A stretch of DNA of 58,458 nt, filler included, from Jimgerdemannia flammicorona (taxonomy: Eukaryota): assembly GCA_003990765.1 (NCBI GenBank). It is 3 parts of 3 records of this genome, joined end to end, with 100 filler letters (N's around TTAATTAATTAA, not from the genome) between each part and the next. Parts side by side here need not be neighbours in the genome. Positions count along the whole stretch, not along the records: positions 39,043 to 58,458 come from RBNJ01001944.1; 2 more parts are not named here. One strand, given 5' to 3'. The position numbers and the translations under genes were made by a program. Under the pieces are notes generated by a model. That model ran no database searches, was not told the DNA's origin, and saw nothing but the letters and a program-made list of their open reading frames with translations. Shown in pieces: positions 47,439 to 58,458 of this stretch (the first letter of the stretch is position 1; every line of letters begins with the position of its first letter).

Positions 47439-47900
47439 ATGGCCAGTAACAAAAGTACTGTGATGGTACTTAAGATCACTAGCACTGCCCAAAGAGCCAT
47501 TGAGAGACAATGGCATACCACCAAGCCTCTGACCATAGAGGAGTCTTATGATAGTATCCAAAGTATTGTACAGACTCATCTCTCTCGAATCTCACACTTC
47601 AAGGCCTATCAGCATTGAAATGAATTTCAAGAGTACTTCAAACTTGGCCAAGTACTCAACCAAGACTCAGAAATGACTAAAGAAAATTGGATCGTGGAAT
47701 GCCAGCTCTCTTATTCCCAGATCACTATTGCTAAGAGAATCTACAAGCTATTCTGAGAGGATGAACCAGCACTAGCCCACCTGCAAGGAGTGACTCCCTC
47801 AGACTTTGACTGAGTCAGACGATACCATTGGGAAACAGTAATGCAACAAATTGCACAATATAAGACCATACAGACCATTGAAGCCTGGGAGTTTGAATAG
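47439..47900 (+). pseudogene. 153-codon extra ORF between integrase and PPT
   Basis: MASNKSTVMV...EYFKLGQVL...IAKRIYKLF*EDEPALAHLQGVTPSDFD*V...AWEFE*. The three internal TGAs are consistent with CGA>TGA. Not shown in the ORF track. Confidence 0.78.
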
Positions 47901-47937
47901 ATGCTTCAAGGATGAGATCATCTATTCAGGAGGAAGT

Positions 47938-48406
47938 TGTGATGGTATAGCTAGATTCGGAAGAAGGAAATAGGGAACAGACACTTGATCGCACCCAGTC
48001 CCAAAGTAGTATAGCCATATAGTTAGCAGTTCTTGACTTTGCTATGTACTTGCTAAATATTTCACAAAGTGTGAGATCAAGCTTCTCAATATAGTATAGC
48101 ATTTCGCAACTGGTAAAATATTTCGCAAAGTGTTAAATGACTCATAACTTAGCTATATAACCCAGTAACCATCTTATAGCTAGCAAACTTGTATAAATAA
48201 CCCAGTATCTTCGAGTGAATAAATCTCAGATCGAAATAGTTCAAGTAAAGAGATAGCAAAGGAACTAGTAAGCCTGTAGGCAGATATACTTCAAACTCAC
48301 CCACCCTCTCCTGCAACTCAAAGGACTCTGAGGAGTCAGAGAAGATCAAGTTTTCAAAATACAGAAATCCGACATACTTTCAAGAATAAGCATTCACTAT
48401 GTTATA
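47938..48406 (+). repeat. 3' LTR (469 bp)
   Basis: Matches 39268-39732; terminal CA mutated to TA. Confidence 0.92.
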
Positions 48407-48482
48407 ATAGTAATTATGATAAAAAATACTAACAATATCTAAGTTCTTGGAAATTTTATCAAAAATACACTCTGATATATAG

Positions 48483-49600
48483 TGTAACAACTTCTTTAAA
48501 ACTAGTGATATCAGAATTCAGAAGACTACCTTAACTTCCTAAGCCACTAGTTGCAAGTTATAACTTAACTATGACTTATTTTGATCAGAAGATGATCTGT
48601 ATCTAAACTCATAATGACTCATAATGAGCTCAATAATATACTACCCTAAATCAGATAACTTTACTCTCTGGACTAAAGAAGAAGACCCTCAAGATATAAA
48701 AGAAGTATTAAGAGAAGAAGTATAAAGTATTAACTATAAATAAGAGCCTTACTATAAAACAAAATATCTGTTATCTGCTAAACAGTAAGGTCAAGGAGCT
48801 ACCCAGATCTATCAGTTCAAGAATAGATATTTACTGATATCAAGAGAGCAATGAGGTTATATATAAGAAGAGCCTTTAGTCTGAACCTCTACACAAGTGA
48901 TCCCTATCAATATACTCTCAACTGTTAAGAAATAAAGACAAGAATTATCATTGCTGCTGAGTATCTTTAGATGTAGCAAGAATATGAGATGAGATATCAT
49001 CTCTATCAAGAAATTGAGGATACTACTTATATGGATAGTTATGAATAAAAATTGACCAAAAGAGTTTATCAGATCTTCAGACATATATCCTGAGTCATCC
49101 TCAATCTAGAATATGTCAAAGTCTCTGATATTTAAGAATTGATAAGCTGCTATATAGACTACCTTGAAGAAATAGTTACAGAAGAGGCCCAATCTACTAT
49201 TACAGTTAAGAGTAATGAGATTTAAGATCTTTGAAACCCTATCCTAGAGGACAATTTAGACTAATTAATTTATAGTTTAATTGTGCTATTTCAAGGCCCT
49301 CCCTTGAGAGTCTACTACCCCCAGAATTTCACAGATATTCCTTACTATATAGATGATCTCACTATTAACTAGAGACCTTAAGAGTAGAATTACCTTATAT
49401 CCTTTGAGGATATCACTCCCTCAGACAACTTGGAGAATGATAGCAAACTATTTATTTTATTAAAAGGTGATGTCAACAACTTCTTTTCCTCATTCCCAGA
49501 GCCTCTTACTGACTTCAGTACAACTATAAAGAATGTAGAAAATTATTTGACTAGACTCTCTAAAGAAAATGAGGAGAAGAATGAGATTGATATAATTTCA
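48483..49600 (+). mobile_element. Heavily degenerate LTR-like fragment with accessory-ORF homolog
   Basis: Starts TGTAAC; KRVYQIFRHIS*VILNLEYVKVSD at ~49058-49130; right boundary uncertain. Confidence 0.6.
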
Positions 49601-49947
49601 GTTATATTGAATTTAAGTTATATAAGGATAACTCTATTAACTAAATTAAGTAAGTTAGTTAGTTGTACAAATAGTGACTATATATTAATTAGCCAAATTT
49701 ATTATAAATATAAAATTAGCCTTATTCAGTTAGTTAGTCACCTAAATTCCAAAAGTATGCTAAATAGTATCTTTTAGTAATTATGAGTTCAACTAATTAC
49801 TTAGTATTATATATAGCTAGTGCTCTGAATGAGTTGATCTGGATCAGATTCAAATCTCATTCAGATCAACTTGAATGAGATTCAAATCCTATCCAAATTA
49901 ATTCAAATTAATTATTGTTTTGATTTTCAAATTAGACAATTAAATAT

Positions 49948-51050
49948 TGTAATAGTGATCTCAGAATAGTAATATCATCATAGAAGACAGTCTTCCTTAT
50001 AAGCTACCAGATCAGAGTACAAGAAGATTATAACTCACCCAGACTACAAAAATGAGCAATTATGATATATCATGAGTTATGATGACCACAAGATAGACAT
50101 CTCAAAGAATATAAAAGAAATACTAAGAAACTACAGTAGTAGTAACTCAAACAAGACTTACAAAATCCTAAAATAGTTCAAAAGACTCACTATAAATAAA
50201 ATATCTGCCACTTATCAAACCTCAAGGTCCAGAAATTATCAAGACCTTTTAGTTTAAAAAAGAATATTCCAAGACATCAGGAGAGCCATGAGGACTTACA
50301 CTAGAAGAATTTCTAGCCTCAATCTGGATACTAGTGACCCTTATCACTTTACTCTCTATTGCCATAAAATAGAGAAAAAGATCACTACTGCTACCAAATG
50401 CCTCTGGATATGGCAGGAATATAAAATAGGAAACCTCCTTTGCTGAAAATTCTCTCAGACCAGTCCCTAAGAGATATAAGATGATACCTCTATAGATATA
50501 TATGAATTGAAAGTAGTCAAAAATATCCATCAGATCTTTAGACATATACCTTGGTCAATTCTCAACTTGGAGTATATCAAAGTCTCAGACTTCAAGAAAT
50601 TGTCAGCCCACTGCACAGATGCACTAAAAGCCATAGTGGCCATAGAAGCCCAATCCATCATTACTCTCAAAAGTAATAAGATAGAAGAGTTCTGAAATTC
50701 CATCCTCTAGGACAATCCAGATCAATTTCTATAAGGATTAATCTCAGTATTCTAAAGCCTCAGTATTTAGATCAGACCTCCTCAAGATCTCACCTTTGTT
50801 TCCTACTTTATGGTAAAAAATATAATAGATTAGAGAGCCTCTAATTTCCTTACCACTACTGCTAAATATGATAACATCATCATCAATGATATGTATTATC
50901 CTACTAATTGACATATGTGAAATAAATAAAATGTTTACAGAAATGCTCGCTGACCTTATTTTCTTCAAAGATATTCCATTCCTAATCTCTAGCCTTGATG
51001 ATAGTGATGAAGATGAAGTCTTGAGAATTTTGAACATTCTATTCTAATTT
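49948..51050 (+). mobile_element. Second degenerate LTR-like fragment with accessory-ORF homolog
   Basis: Starts TGTAAT; KNIHQIFRHIPWSILNLEYIKVSDFKKLS at ~50519-50610; acidic tail near 51000; boundaries approximate. Confidence 0.62.
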
Positions 51051-51274
51051 GTTTATATAACTATTTCAGTACTCTGACTTTGTATAACTATCAGAAATTA
51101 TTCCAGCATTCTGATCTTATACAACTAATTATACAGGTACTTGAATTTGTACTTATAATCTGAAGTTTTCTATATTTAAATATCTTATTTAGTTATTGGA
51201 TTTTATATCTTAACAACTATTGAATTATATTTTGTATAAATATTCCTCTCATTTCCTTTGAAATAAAGTTAGTA

Positions 51275-52764
51275 TTAAGGGTCTTGAATGAGGCTGGAGA
51301 GTTGATTGTTGGGACACTGGAGATTCTGGACCAGTTGAGCAGATGGTAGAGGTATTTATAGATTGAGAGAGATGAGGGGGTGGGAGTGCTGGACATTGAC
51401 AGATACTTGGAGAAATAACACTCTGATCTGATGGCAGACTTAGGTGACCTTAGTGCTGCAGTCTGAGAGGAAGAGATTCAGCAGATACTGACAATGATAA
51501 GCTTAGGGATAGTATTAGGAAAAGATGGCTTATAGTGGGATTTTTGGAAGAAGATGGCAGGAGTCAAGATAATTCTGAAGGAAATGATAGTAATGTACAA
51601 TGAAGTGATTAGCTCAGATTGGGAGGCAAAGCTTGGGGCTTGTGGCTCTGCTGTTTAAGAATAAGAGGAAGAGGAAAGAGTGGAAAAACTAGAGACCAAT
51701 CATACTTCTGAATATGGATCACAAACTAGTTATAAAGATACTGGTAGCTAGACTATAAGGAGTGACTCAGCAGGTTCTGGGGGCTGAGTAGAGAGGATTT
51801 GTAGGGAGATATCTGATCAGAAATAAGATGGTCTAGGTGCATGGTGTCATTGAGGGAACTTACACTACTAGGGTAGATAGATAGCTAGTTTTCTTGAATC
51901 AAGAGAAGACTATACCATAGTCTGGTAAGTGTGGTTAAAAGGAGTGCTAAAGTATATTGGAGTTCTCTCTGGGGTCTAGCAGGTCTTGATCAGTCTGTCG
52001 AAAGAAAGTTGGGTAGCAATTATAGTGAATAGATATAGGGGGGGTTTTATTCCCTCTGAGCAGAGAAGTGCTGCAGAGAGATCCACTGTCACTGATCCTG
52101 TATATATTATCCCTGAAGCCTCTTTTGGATAGGATATGGCAAAAAGTAGGGGGGTTGAACATTCTGGAGATTAATTGAATGGTGGTTGGACTGAGGTTGG
52201 CTGAGGATATTATAGCACTAAAAGGTACAGTAGAGTAGTATGAGAGATACTCAAGTATTAGACTCAACTGGTATAAGTATAAGACTTTGATATTGGGAGG
52301 AGGGATAGTAGATAGAAATATGATTGGAAAAATTGTCTCTATAGGAGAGGCTATTCACTATATAGAGATTTACTTCTTAGTGTATAACTCTTTATTATCT
52401 CATAGATAGTGAGAGCCATGGTTAGTAAAGTGAGAGAGCACTGGGTGAGGCTGGCCAGTTACTGGCTATTTGTTTTTGAGGATGGGAGGAGGCAGAGCTT
52501 GGGGAGCCAGTTGTCACAGTGGCAGAGGCTTATAGAAGATACCTTGACAGGCTGGTGGCTTGGTTGGGGGCTGTAGAGTGGTCAGAGGTACCACTTGGTG
52601 GAGAAAATCTGTGGACAGAGTAGTGAGAGAGTTGGAGTCATTGGTGAGAGGGTGATCTTTATTCGTGAGAAGGTAGAGAGGGGCTCCCCTATGGAGATTG
52701 GGTAGTGGGTGGTGATAATGTATACTTATTCATAGACTGGTAATAAAGACAGAGTCTAAGTGAC

Positions 52765-52809
<45 letters not shown>

Positions 52810-54049
52810 CACTCTCTTAAGGTAGGGGGGTCATTATATATCTCTGGCAGAGAGGATGATAGTGCTGAATATATACTGGCTGCCTAAGCTGTAGTATCTG
52901 GGATACTACTTAGACTTTCTGATATAGATGGTCAAGTGATTATTGAAGATAGCCAGAACCTAGATATGGATGGAGTGATAGAGTCAGATTGGTTAGGAAG
53001 TATTGACCTGGCCAGTAGACTAGAGAGGCCTGGGTCTGGTGGATTTTCCTAAGCATCTTTATTGCTTAAGAGCATGGTGACTGAAATGAGTAAGCGAGTT
53101 GAGGGGCAGAGAGTGAGTTCTCCTCCTACAGAGAGTATGGGAGACTCAGTTCTCCCCTATAGTGTAACTGAAGATCTCTTATCTCTGGTAGCTTTGGAGA
53201 GAAGTCAGAGAATATACTATAGGGGATTCTGGTAGGGAATAGTTGATGGGGCTCACTATATTGGTCTTTGATAGCAGGGTGATGAGAGAGAGGAGAAATA
53301 GAGATCTCAGATATAGAGATAAGACTATCTTCTATTAGGTGGGGTGGTAGTAGATGACTTCTGTTTAGAGGAGAGCATAGAGTATCTTTGGGAGCATAGG
53401 AGAGATCTATGGCCTGAGGCATGGCAGGGGGTGGGGATTAGAGAGGAGTGGGACTGGACTGGTATTTGACAGTAGGGCAAGTAGATGGTGAGATAGATTT
53501 CCCCTGAGTTCTGAGTAGTATAGTGGAGAATTTTATGGCATAATATGATATTGAACTATCAGATAGGTCACTTGGTGGAAGAAAGTACCCAGAAGTGTGA
53601 GGAGTATCTGAATGTCAGATAGGAGGAAGGAGTAGTATAGACTTCTGAATATTGGTTAGAGGAGTATAAGATGATAGATAACTTTTGAAGAATAATTGAG
53701 GTATAGCTGGAGATATACTCACCAGGGTTAGTAGTGAGAGAGAGGTGGGATGACCTCTGGAGGAGACTGGTGAGGGGTTGAGAGATGAGTGGTTGATATT
53801 AAGATAGATGCTGGTAATTTGGGTTGAACTTGTGAGATATTGGCTATATATATTTGAGGAGAATCAATAGTTAATATTGGGAATAAGGATGGCTAGATAG
53901 GAGTGACTGATAATGGATCTGTTGAATAAGTAGTGGAGAGGTGGGGGTACTGGTGGGGGGTATTAGAGGTGACTGGTGAAGACAATCTGTAGAAAAAGTA
54001 GAGAGAGGATTGGAGTAGCAGAGGGGTGAGCAGTATTTCAGGAGAATAG
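51275..54049 (+). mobile_element. Third, highly degenerate LINE (RT and C-terminal region), interrupted twice
   Basis: Decayed GKDGL*WDFWKK, N*RPIILLNMD, LNQEKTI, Q(R)DPLSLILY, *LPKL. Interrupted at 52443 by a LINE tail and at 54050 by an LTR. Confidence 0.85.
52443..52808 (+). mobile_element. 5'-truncated LINE 3' end with poly(A) and (A)GCACT TSD
   Basis: Similar to 5318-5663; AGCACT at 52437-52442 and 52808-52813. Confidence 0.85.
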
Positions 54050-57000
54050 TATAAGAGGGTTTACTTTTTAGGGTAACTGTTACATAGTTCTAGAAGGGTT
54101 TTTTGGAAGTTCTGGATATTCTGGAAGACTGTTTTCTTAAGGTTAAGATCAATTTCATATGGAGTATATACATTCTCTATACTTATTGATTTCAAGATTG
54201 AGTTGATGTCTCAACCAAAGTCCTTTTTTGGACTAGTTCTGGATGTTCAGGATTTTCTATATTTCAGGAAGTTCAAGAAACTAAGACCAGCTTAGTTGAA
54301 TTGGCATATCACTGCAGACAATACCCAATTAGGGAATTTCATAATAGGGTTAGGAGTGGGACCTAACAGGGAGCAAATTTACTTAAGAGTGGTTTATGAG
54401 TTATTAAATAGATTTATTTGCTATTCATGATATTACTATACTAGGAGTAGTTGTGTAAAGAGATATTGTAGGGAAGTGCTCAGGAGTTGTGTTCAGATTG
54501 TTCAAGTATTTAAGTCTAGTTTTTTAAGTCTGAGATTCTGAGGTCTGGGGGAGGAGATATTTATACTAATGAGGGGCTATCTAGATTATGCTGAATATAG
54601 ATATAGTACTTAGTGCCTTGCTGAGTTGGAATACAGTCATATAGTATAAGTGTGATCTGACATATCAAGAGATCATCTGACTGCTGAGTCAGTTCATAGT
54701 TATATTATACAAGACTAATCTAACTATACTATAACTGCTAAGCTATTTATAGATTTAGATGCTGTCTGGTTAGTCTTTGATAATATCATTATTGATGACA
54801 TCATCACTGGTAAAGTCTGAGCAGTTTTCTGACTTCTGACATCATCAGTTTCAAAGGTATCATCACTTCTATCTCTTACAAGATTAAGGTTATCCTTAGT
54901 AGTAGTGGTTGTATAAAGATAACAGGTCTTGGTTCTCTTTTTTTTTGGTCTGCTGGCACATTTGTGAGGACTGGCCATCCTTGTCTAGGGTGAGGGCTCC
55001 CAATATTATGGCTGGGGGTTTGAATCTCTCAGAAATGATATTTTCTATAATCTGAGACAATTTCTAGTAGTAATATCTGTTATGTAGATGACTTGAGATT
55101 GGTTTTGATGATGTTGGCTTTCTTGAGTTCAGATGAAGCATCCATCATTCTCCAATAGAGGTGATACAGATAGAGCAAACAGAGTTATTCAAATGTATTT
55201 TGCTTCTGCTAAGTAATGAGGTCTTGTATAGTTGCAATGTATCTTAGTCTTAAGTTGATAAGTATAGTTCATAAATCTTTGATAGATGAGATAGGGTTCT
55301 TCTTGTCTCAATTTGAGTTTGGTACTTTTGGTTTCCTTTTGTAATAGTACAGTATACCAAACTAGTTATAGAGGTTCAGAGTTGGTCTTATAGTAGTAGT
55401 ACTTCTTCTAGTATTCTTGTGTCTTGGCAGTAGATTTTCATACTTGCTGGCATATTTTGTATAATCAGATGATCTCTTCAGTAACTTGTTTTGTAGTCTT
55501 GCATGTGGTTTCCAAATTGGTTCTGAAGATGACATGTGATTTTGGTGGCTTGGAGGTTGTGTACTTATAACTCTCTTCTTCTTAGCTTTCAATATCCTTG
55601 TCAAGACCTTCTAATTTGATCTAGTATTATTATACTGTTTGGATGGTTCTTGTGGTTGTGTTTGTTGAGGATTTATTCAACTTTGTATTCTTCTTGGTCA
55701 TTAATAATGACAGATGTAGGTGGTTCTATAGTTCAGTTTAGAAATATATCTTGGAATTTCTGGAGTAGGGGTCTAACATAGCTGTCAACCTTGGAAAAAT
55801 CATCTTCAGAGTTCTCAGGTTCTCCTTTAGATGGACAGATGGAGATGGCAAAGAGAGGACATTTCTTGGCCAATTTCTTGAGCTGTAGCTTGTTGATGTG
55901 GGTGATCTTTAGTCCAGGGTCACTAGAGCTGAGTGAGTCCTTTTCATCTTGCAGTTTAAAGTTGTGGTATCCTTTCTTGATGGTCAGAGAATGGTTTACC
56001 CAATCAATCATAAGGTTCTCTTGTTTCAATCATGGGGTTCTAAGGATGATTTCATTATCAGAAAGTGGTACGATCTGGAGAGTAACATATACTCAGTAGT
56101 CACCAATTCAGAAGGGTAGATTGTGGACTTCCTTGCTAATAACATATGAGATTCCATCAGCTATAGCAACTGCTTGAGTTTGTTATACCAGAGAGGTGAA
56201 AACCTTGAGTCTGTTGGCTGTTTCTTCATTGATAAAGTTGCCTGAGGCACCACTGTCTATTATAATCTTGATAGGTACTTGGTTGACAAAAGCTTGAAGT
56301 GTAAGCAGTTTGTCTGATCTGATAGTAGTGATTTCAGTTGTAGGAGCTTTTCTTCTGTTAGTTCTTCTTTGAGCCAGTTTATTGATACAAGAGAAGCAAT
56401 CATCAATCATTCAAGAAGAGTACATTCCAATACCATAGGGGCATCAGCCACTTGGTATATATCTGTCTTCAATTTTCTTATAGAATTGTTCTTCCTTGCT
56501 TATGGTAGGTTGGACTGGGGCCTTGTTTGATAAGCTAAATCCTTTAGATCCTTAGATAGTGGGTAGTAGTTCAGGGACTTCCTTGACTATCAGAGTCAAC
56601 TCAATTTTCTCGAATAGAATCTGGGTGATACAGAAATCAATGGGGATCTTAAAGGGTATCTAACTATGGTTTTGGATAAGGACAATAATTTCATCTGTGT
56701 AATCTTCATCAATGACTCCTCCTTCTACTGAGAGTCCTTTTAGTGCTAGGCTGCTGCAACAGCATATTCTTCCAACATGTCCTTTAGGAATTTTGATACT
56801 GATTCCTATATAGACTTACTTGATTTCTCAGTTAGAGACTGTGGCTTCTTCAGCTGCATATGGGTCATATCCAGCTGCCTTTTGACTTCCTTTGATTGGG
56901 GCCTTAGCAGTTTGCCTTGACTTGACAAAGTCTAGTGTTCTGGTAGTTAGGTTATTGAGATAGTGTAGAGTAGTAACAGTTGCTCATATTGCTGTTTGGG

Positions 57001-58432
57001 ATTTTTGGTTGGGGCAGGCACTGGCCATGTGTCCTGTTTTTCGGCAATAGAAGTATGCTCCACTTCTTTGAAGTTCATTTCTTTCTCCTTCAGTGAGTTT
57101 CTTGAAGGTACTCAGCTGGGTGGGTTTATGATTTCTGGGTGTCCATGAGGTGGATGTTGAGAGAGCTCAGAATGCTTCATGCTTGGGTTTTTCTTTCTTA
57201 GTCCTAGTCTTTTCCTTATTGTTGAATTATCTTTGGGGCAGAATTGGTCCAGCTGTTAGGATTTGCTTGACCATAATCTTGATTCTTGCCAGGCACCATT
57301 ATTGGTGATCACAACCAACTGGGCAGCCTTATTCTCAGATTTTTCTAGTAAGCTATTCAGGTAGTATATCAAATAGATAGTCTGCTCTTATACCATTTCA
57401 TGTTTCATCATTGGTAATATATCCTAGGCCAATAGTATTCAGGAGTGACTTGAGTTTTTGTACAGAAGGTTTCGAATTCCTCCTTACCATGTATATTGAA
57501 TTTGAGGTTGCAGAGTTTTACTTGAGATTCAGTGATCATGGTTTTACTATGGTATTGAGAAATCATGAGTTATTTAAGTCCAGAGGCTGCAGGATGAGCT
57601 CTATATCCTGGGGCATTATTTGCTGCATTTTGGGCAATGACTGCTGGTCAGGTGTCCCATGTGAGAGATTTTTCAGAAAGGGTTTACCACCATTCTTTGG
57701 CAGATCCTCAGAAGAATGTAACAACTTGGCAGCCATAGGTTGTAGTAGTAACAAAGAGTTATTCTGGAGTATAGTCTTGATTGTTTATCAGGATGCAGTC
57801 AGCAACTCACTCATTAGTCTATTGATTGGCTTCAAAGTTAGTATCAACTATACTAATAAAGCTTTGGACTTCCTGTATAGTACCATTGAAGGTAGGTAGA
57901 CTCAGATTTTTGGTAGGTCAGGTCTGTTTAGCTAAGGTAGTAATGGTTACTACCATTATTGCTACCTAGGCTGTAAGGTCCAGAATCTGTTAATTTGTCA
58001 TATTGTTTGCTGGAGGTGGTTGGACTACTGGTAGTGGTGTTACTGGTACTACTTAAGGTACTAGTGCAGAGTGTGAGGGTGTTCTTTGAGTCTGTGTAAG
58101 TTGCTGGAGTAGTAGTTGTGGGTCTGGAGTAAGAGCTCAATAGATAGCTATTTGTTGCTATATAGGTGTGTTCTGTCCTGATGGAGGTATGTCTCTTTCA
58201 GTGGTATATCTGAGATCAAATTTACTGAGATACTCCTCTTCCTCTTTAGTTTGGTCTTCATGTAATTGGGTTTGCTCAGTGTCAAAGTAGACAGAATCAG
58301 TTATATATCTGATTTTAGATGGACTTAGTTCAAAGTTGAGTTCTGGTTCAATATTGGTTTCAGGTTCAGATAGGGCTGTAGCTGGACCTGCTTCTAGTTC
58401 AGGATCAGTTATTGATAAAGAGTTTCTCTTAC
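54050..58432 (-). mobile_element. Internally deleted copy of the chromovirus (3' LTR 54050-55569; gag-dUTPase-PR retained; RT-RH-IN deleted)
   Basis: 55735-58430 is colinear with ~11985-14685; YFYCRKTGHMASAC, IDSGASG; 55655-55734 is a chromodomain remnant. Ends in poly(T) at the window edge. Confidence 0.9.
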
Positions 58433-58458
58433 TTTTTTTTTTTTTTTTTTTTTTTTTT

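Larger units (their letters stand above)
43796..47449 (+). pseudogene. Integrase (split by solo LTR 44022-46477), in a different frame from RT-RH
   Basis: MNRELYYGIISYL...HEQGHIGGTNI|YNKARR.. WPGM, CDKC, AMDVIGPLP, TDRGIEF, NGQAERTN, EGPY. The frame is restored when the insertion and TSD are removed. Confidence 0.9.
39268..48406 (+). mobile_element. Complete Ty3/gypsy LTR retrotransposon (no chromodomain seen) with dUTPase and extra 3' ORF; contains nested solo LTR
   Basis: LTRs at 39268-39732 and 47938-48406, TSD ATAG (39264-39267 / 48407-48410), PBS TGGTGCCC at 39736, PPT AGGAGGAAG at 47928-47936. Confidence 0.94.

Noticed and set aside
47439..47900. Extra ORF as an envelope/fusion protein
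   Set aside because: It is in the env position, but no signal peptide, transmembrane segment or Cys pattern is visible, and it is only 153 codons.

Overview
Eukaryotic DNA, most likely from an early-diverging (Mucoromycota-like) fungus; this is inferred from intron style, gene content and TE types. The window is three contigs joined by artificial N44-TTAATTAATTAA-N44 spacers (19422-19521, 38943-39042). Contigs 1 and 3 are nested, CpG-depleted retroelements: L1/Tx1-like LINEs, a dUTPase-bearing chromovirus with ~2-kb LTRs (minus strand), a complete dUTPase-bearing Ty3/gypsy element with a 4-bp TSD, and a 2.46-kb solo LTR. Contig 2 is a CpG-normal gene island. It holds an intact 3-exon, 2835-aa gene with two sacsin (GHKL/HATPase-like) repeats and a C-terminal BTB/POZ domain, set head-to-head with a SEM1/DSS1 relic. 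The whole module is tandemly duplicated and the second copy is decayed. The strongest candidate for an undescribed system is one accessory protein family with the core [YF]xxG/SxxL...AxxxxxLF....(I/L)xHL(Q/R)(G)VT. Different Ty3 lineages carry it either as a separate ORF in the env position or inside the U3 of oversized LTRs, and six copies or fragments occur in this window. All calls were made by eye; no database search was run.
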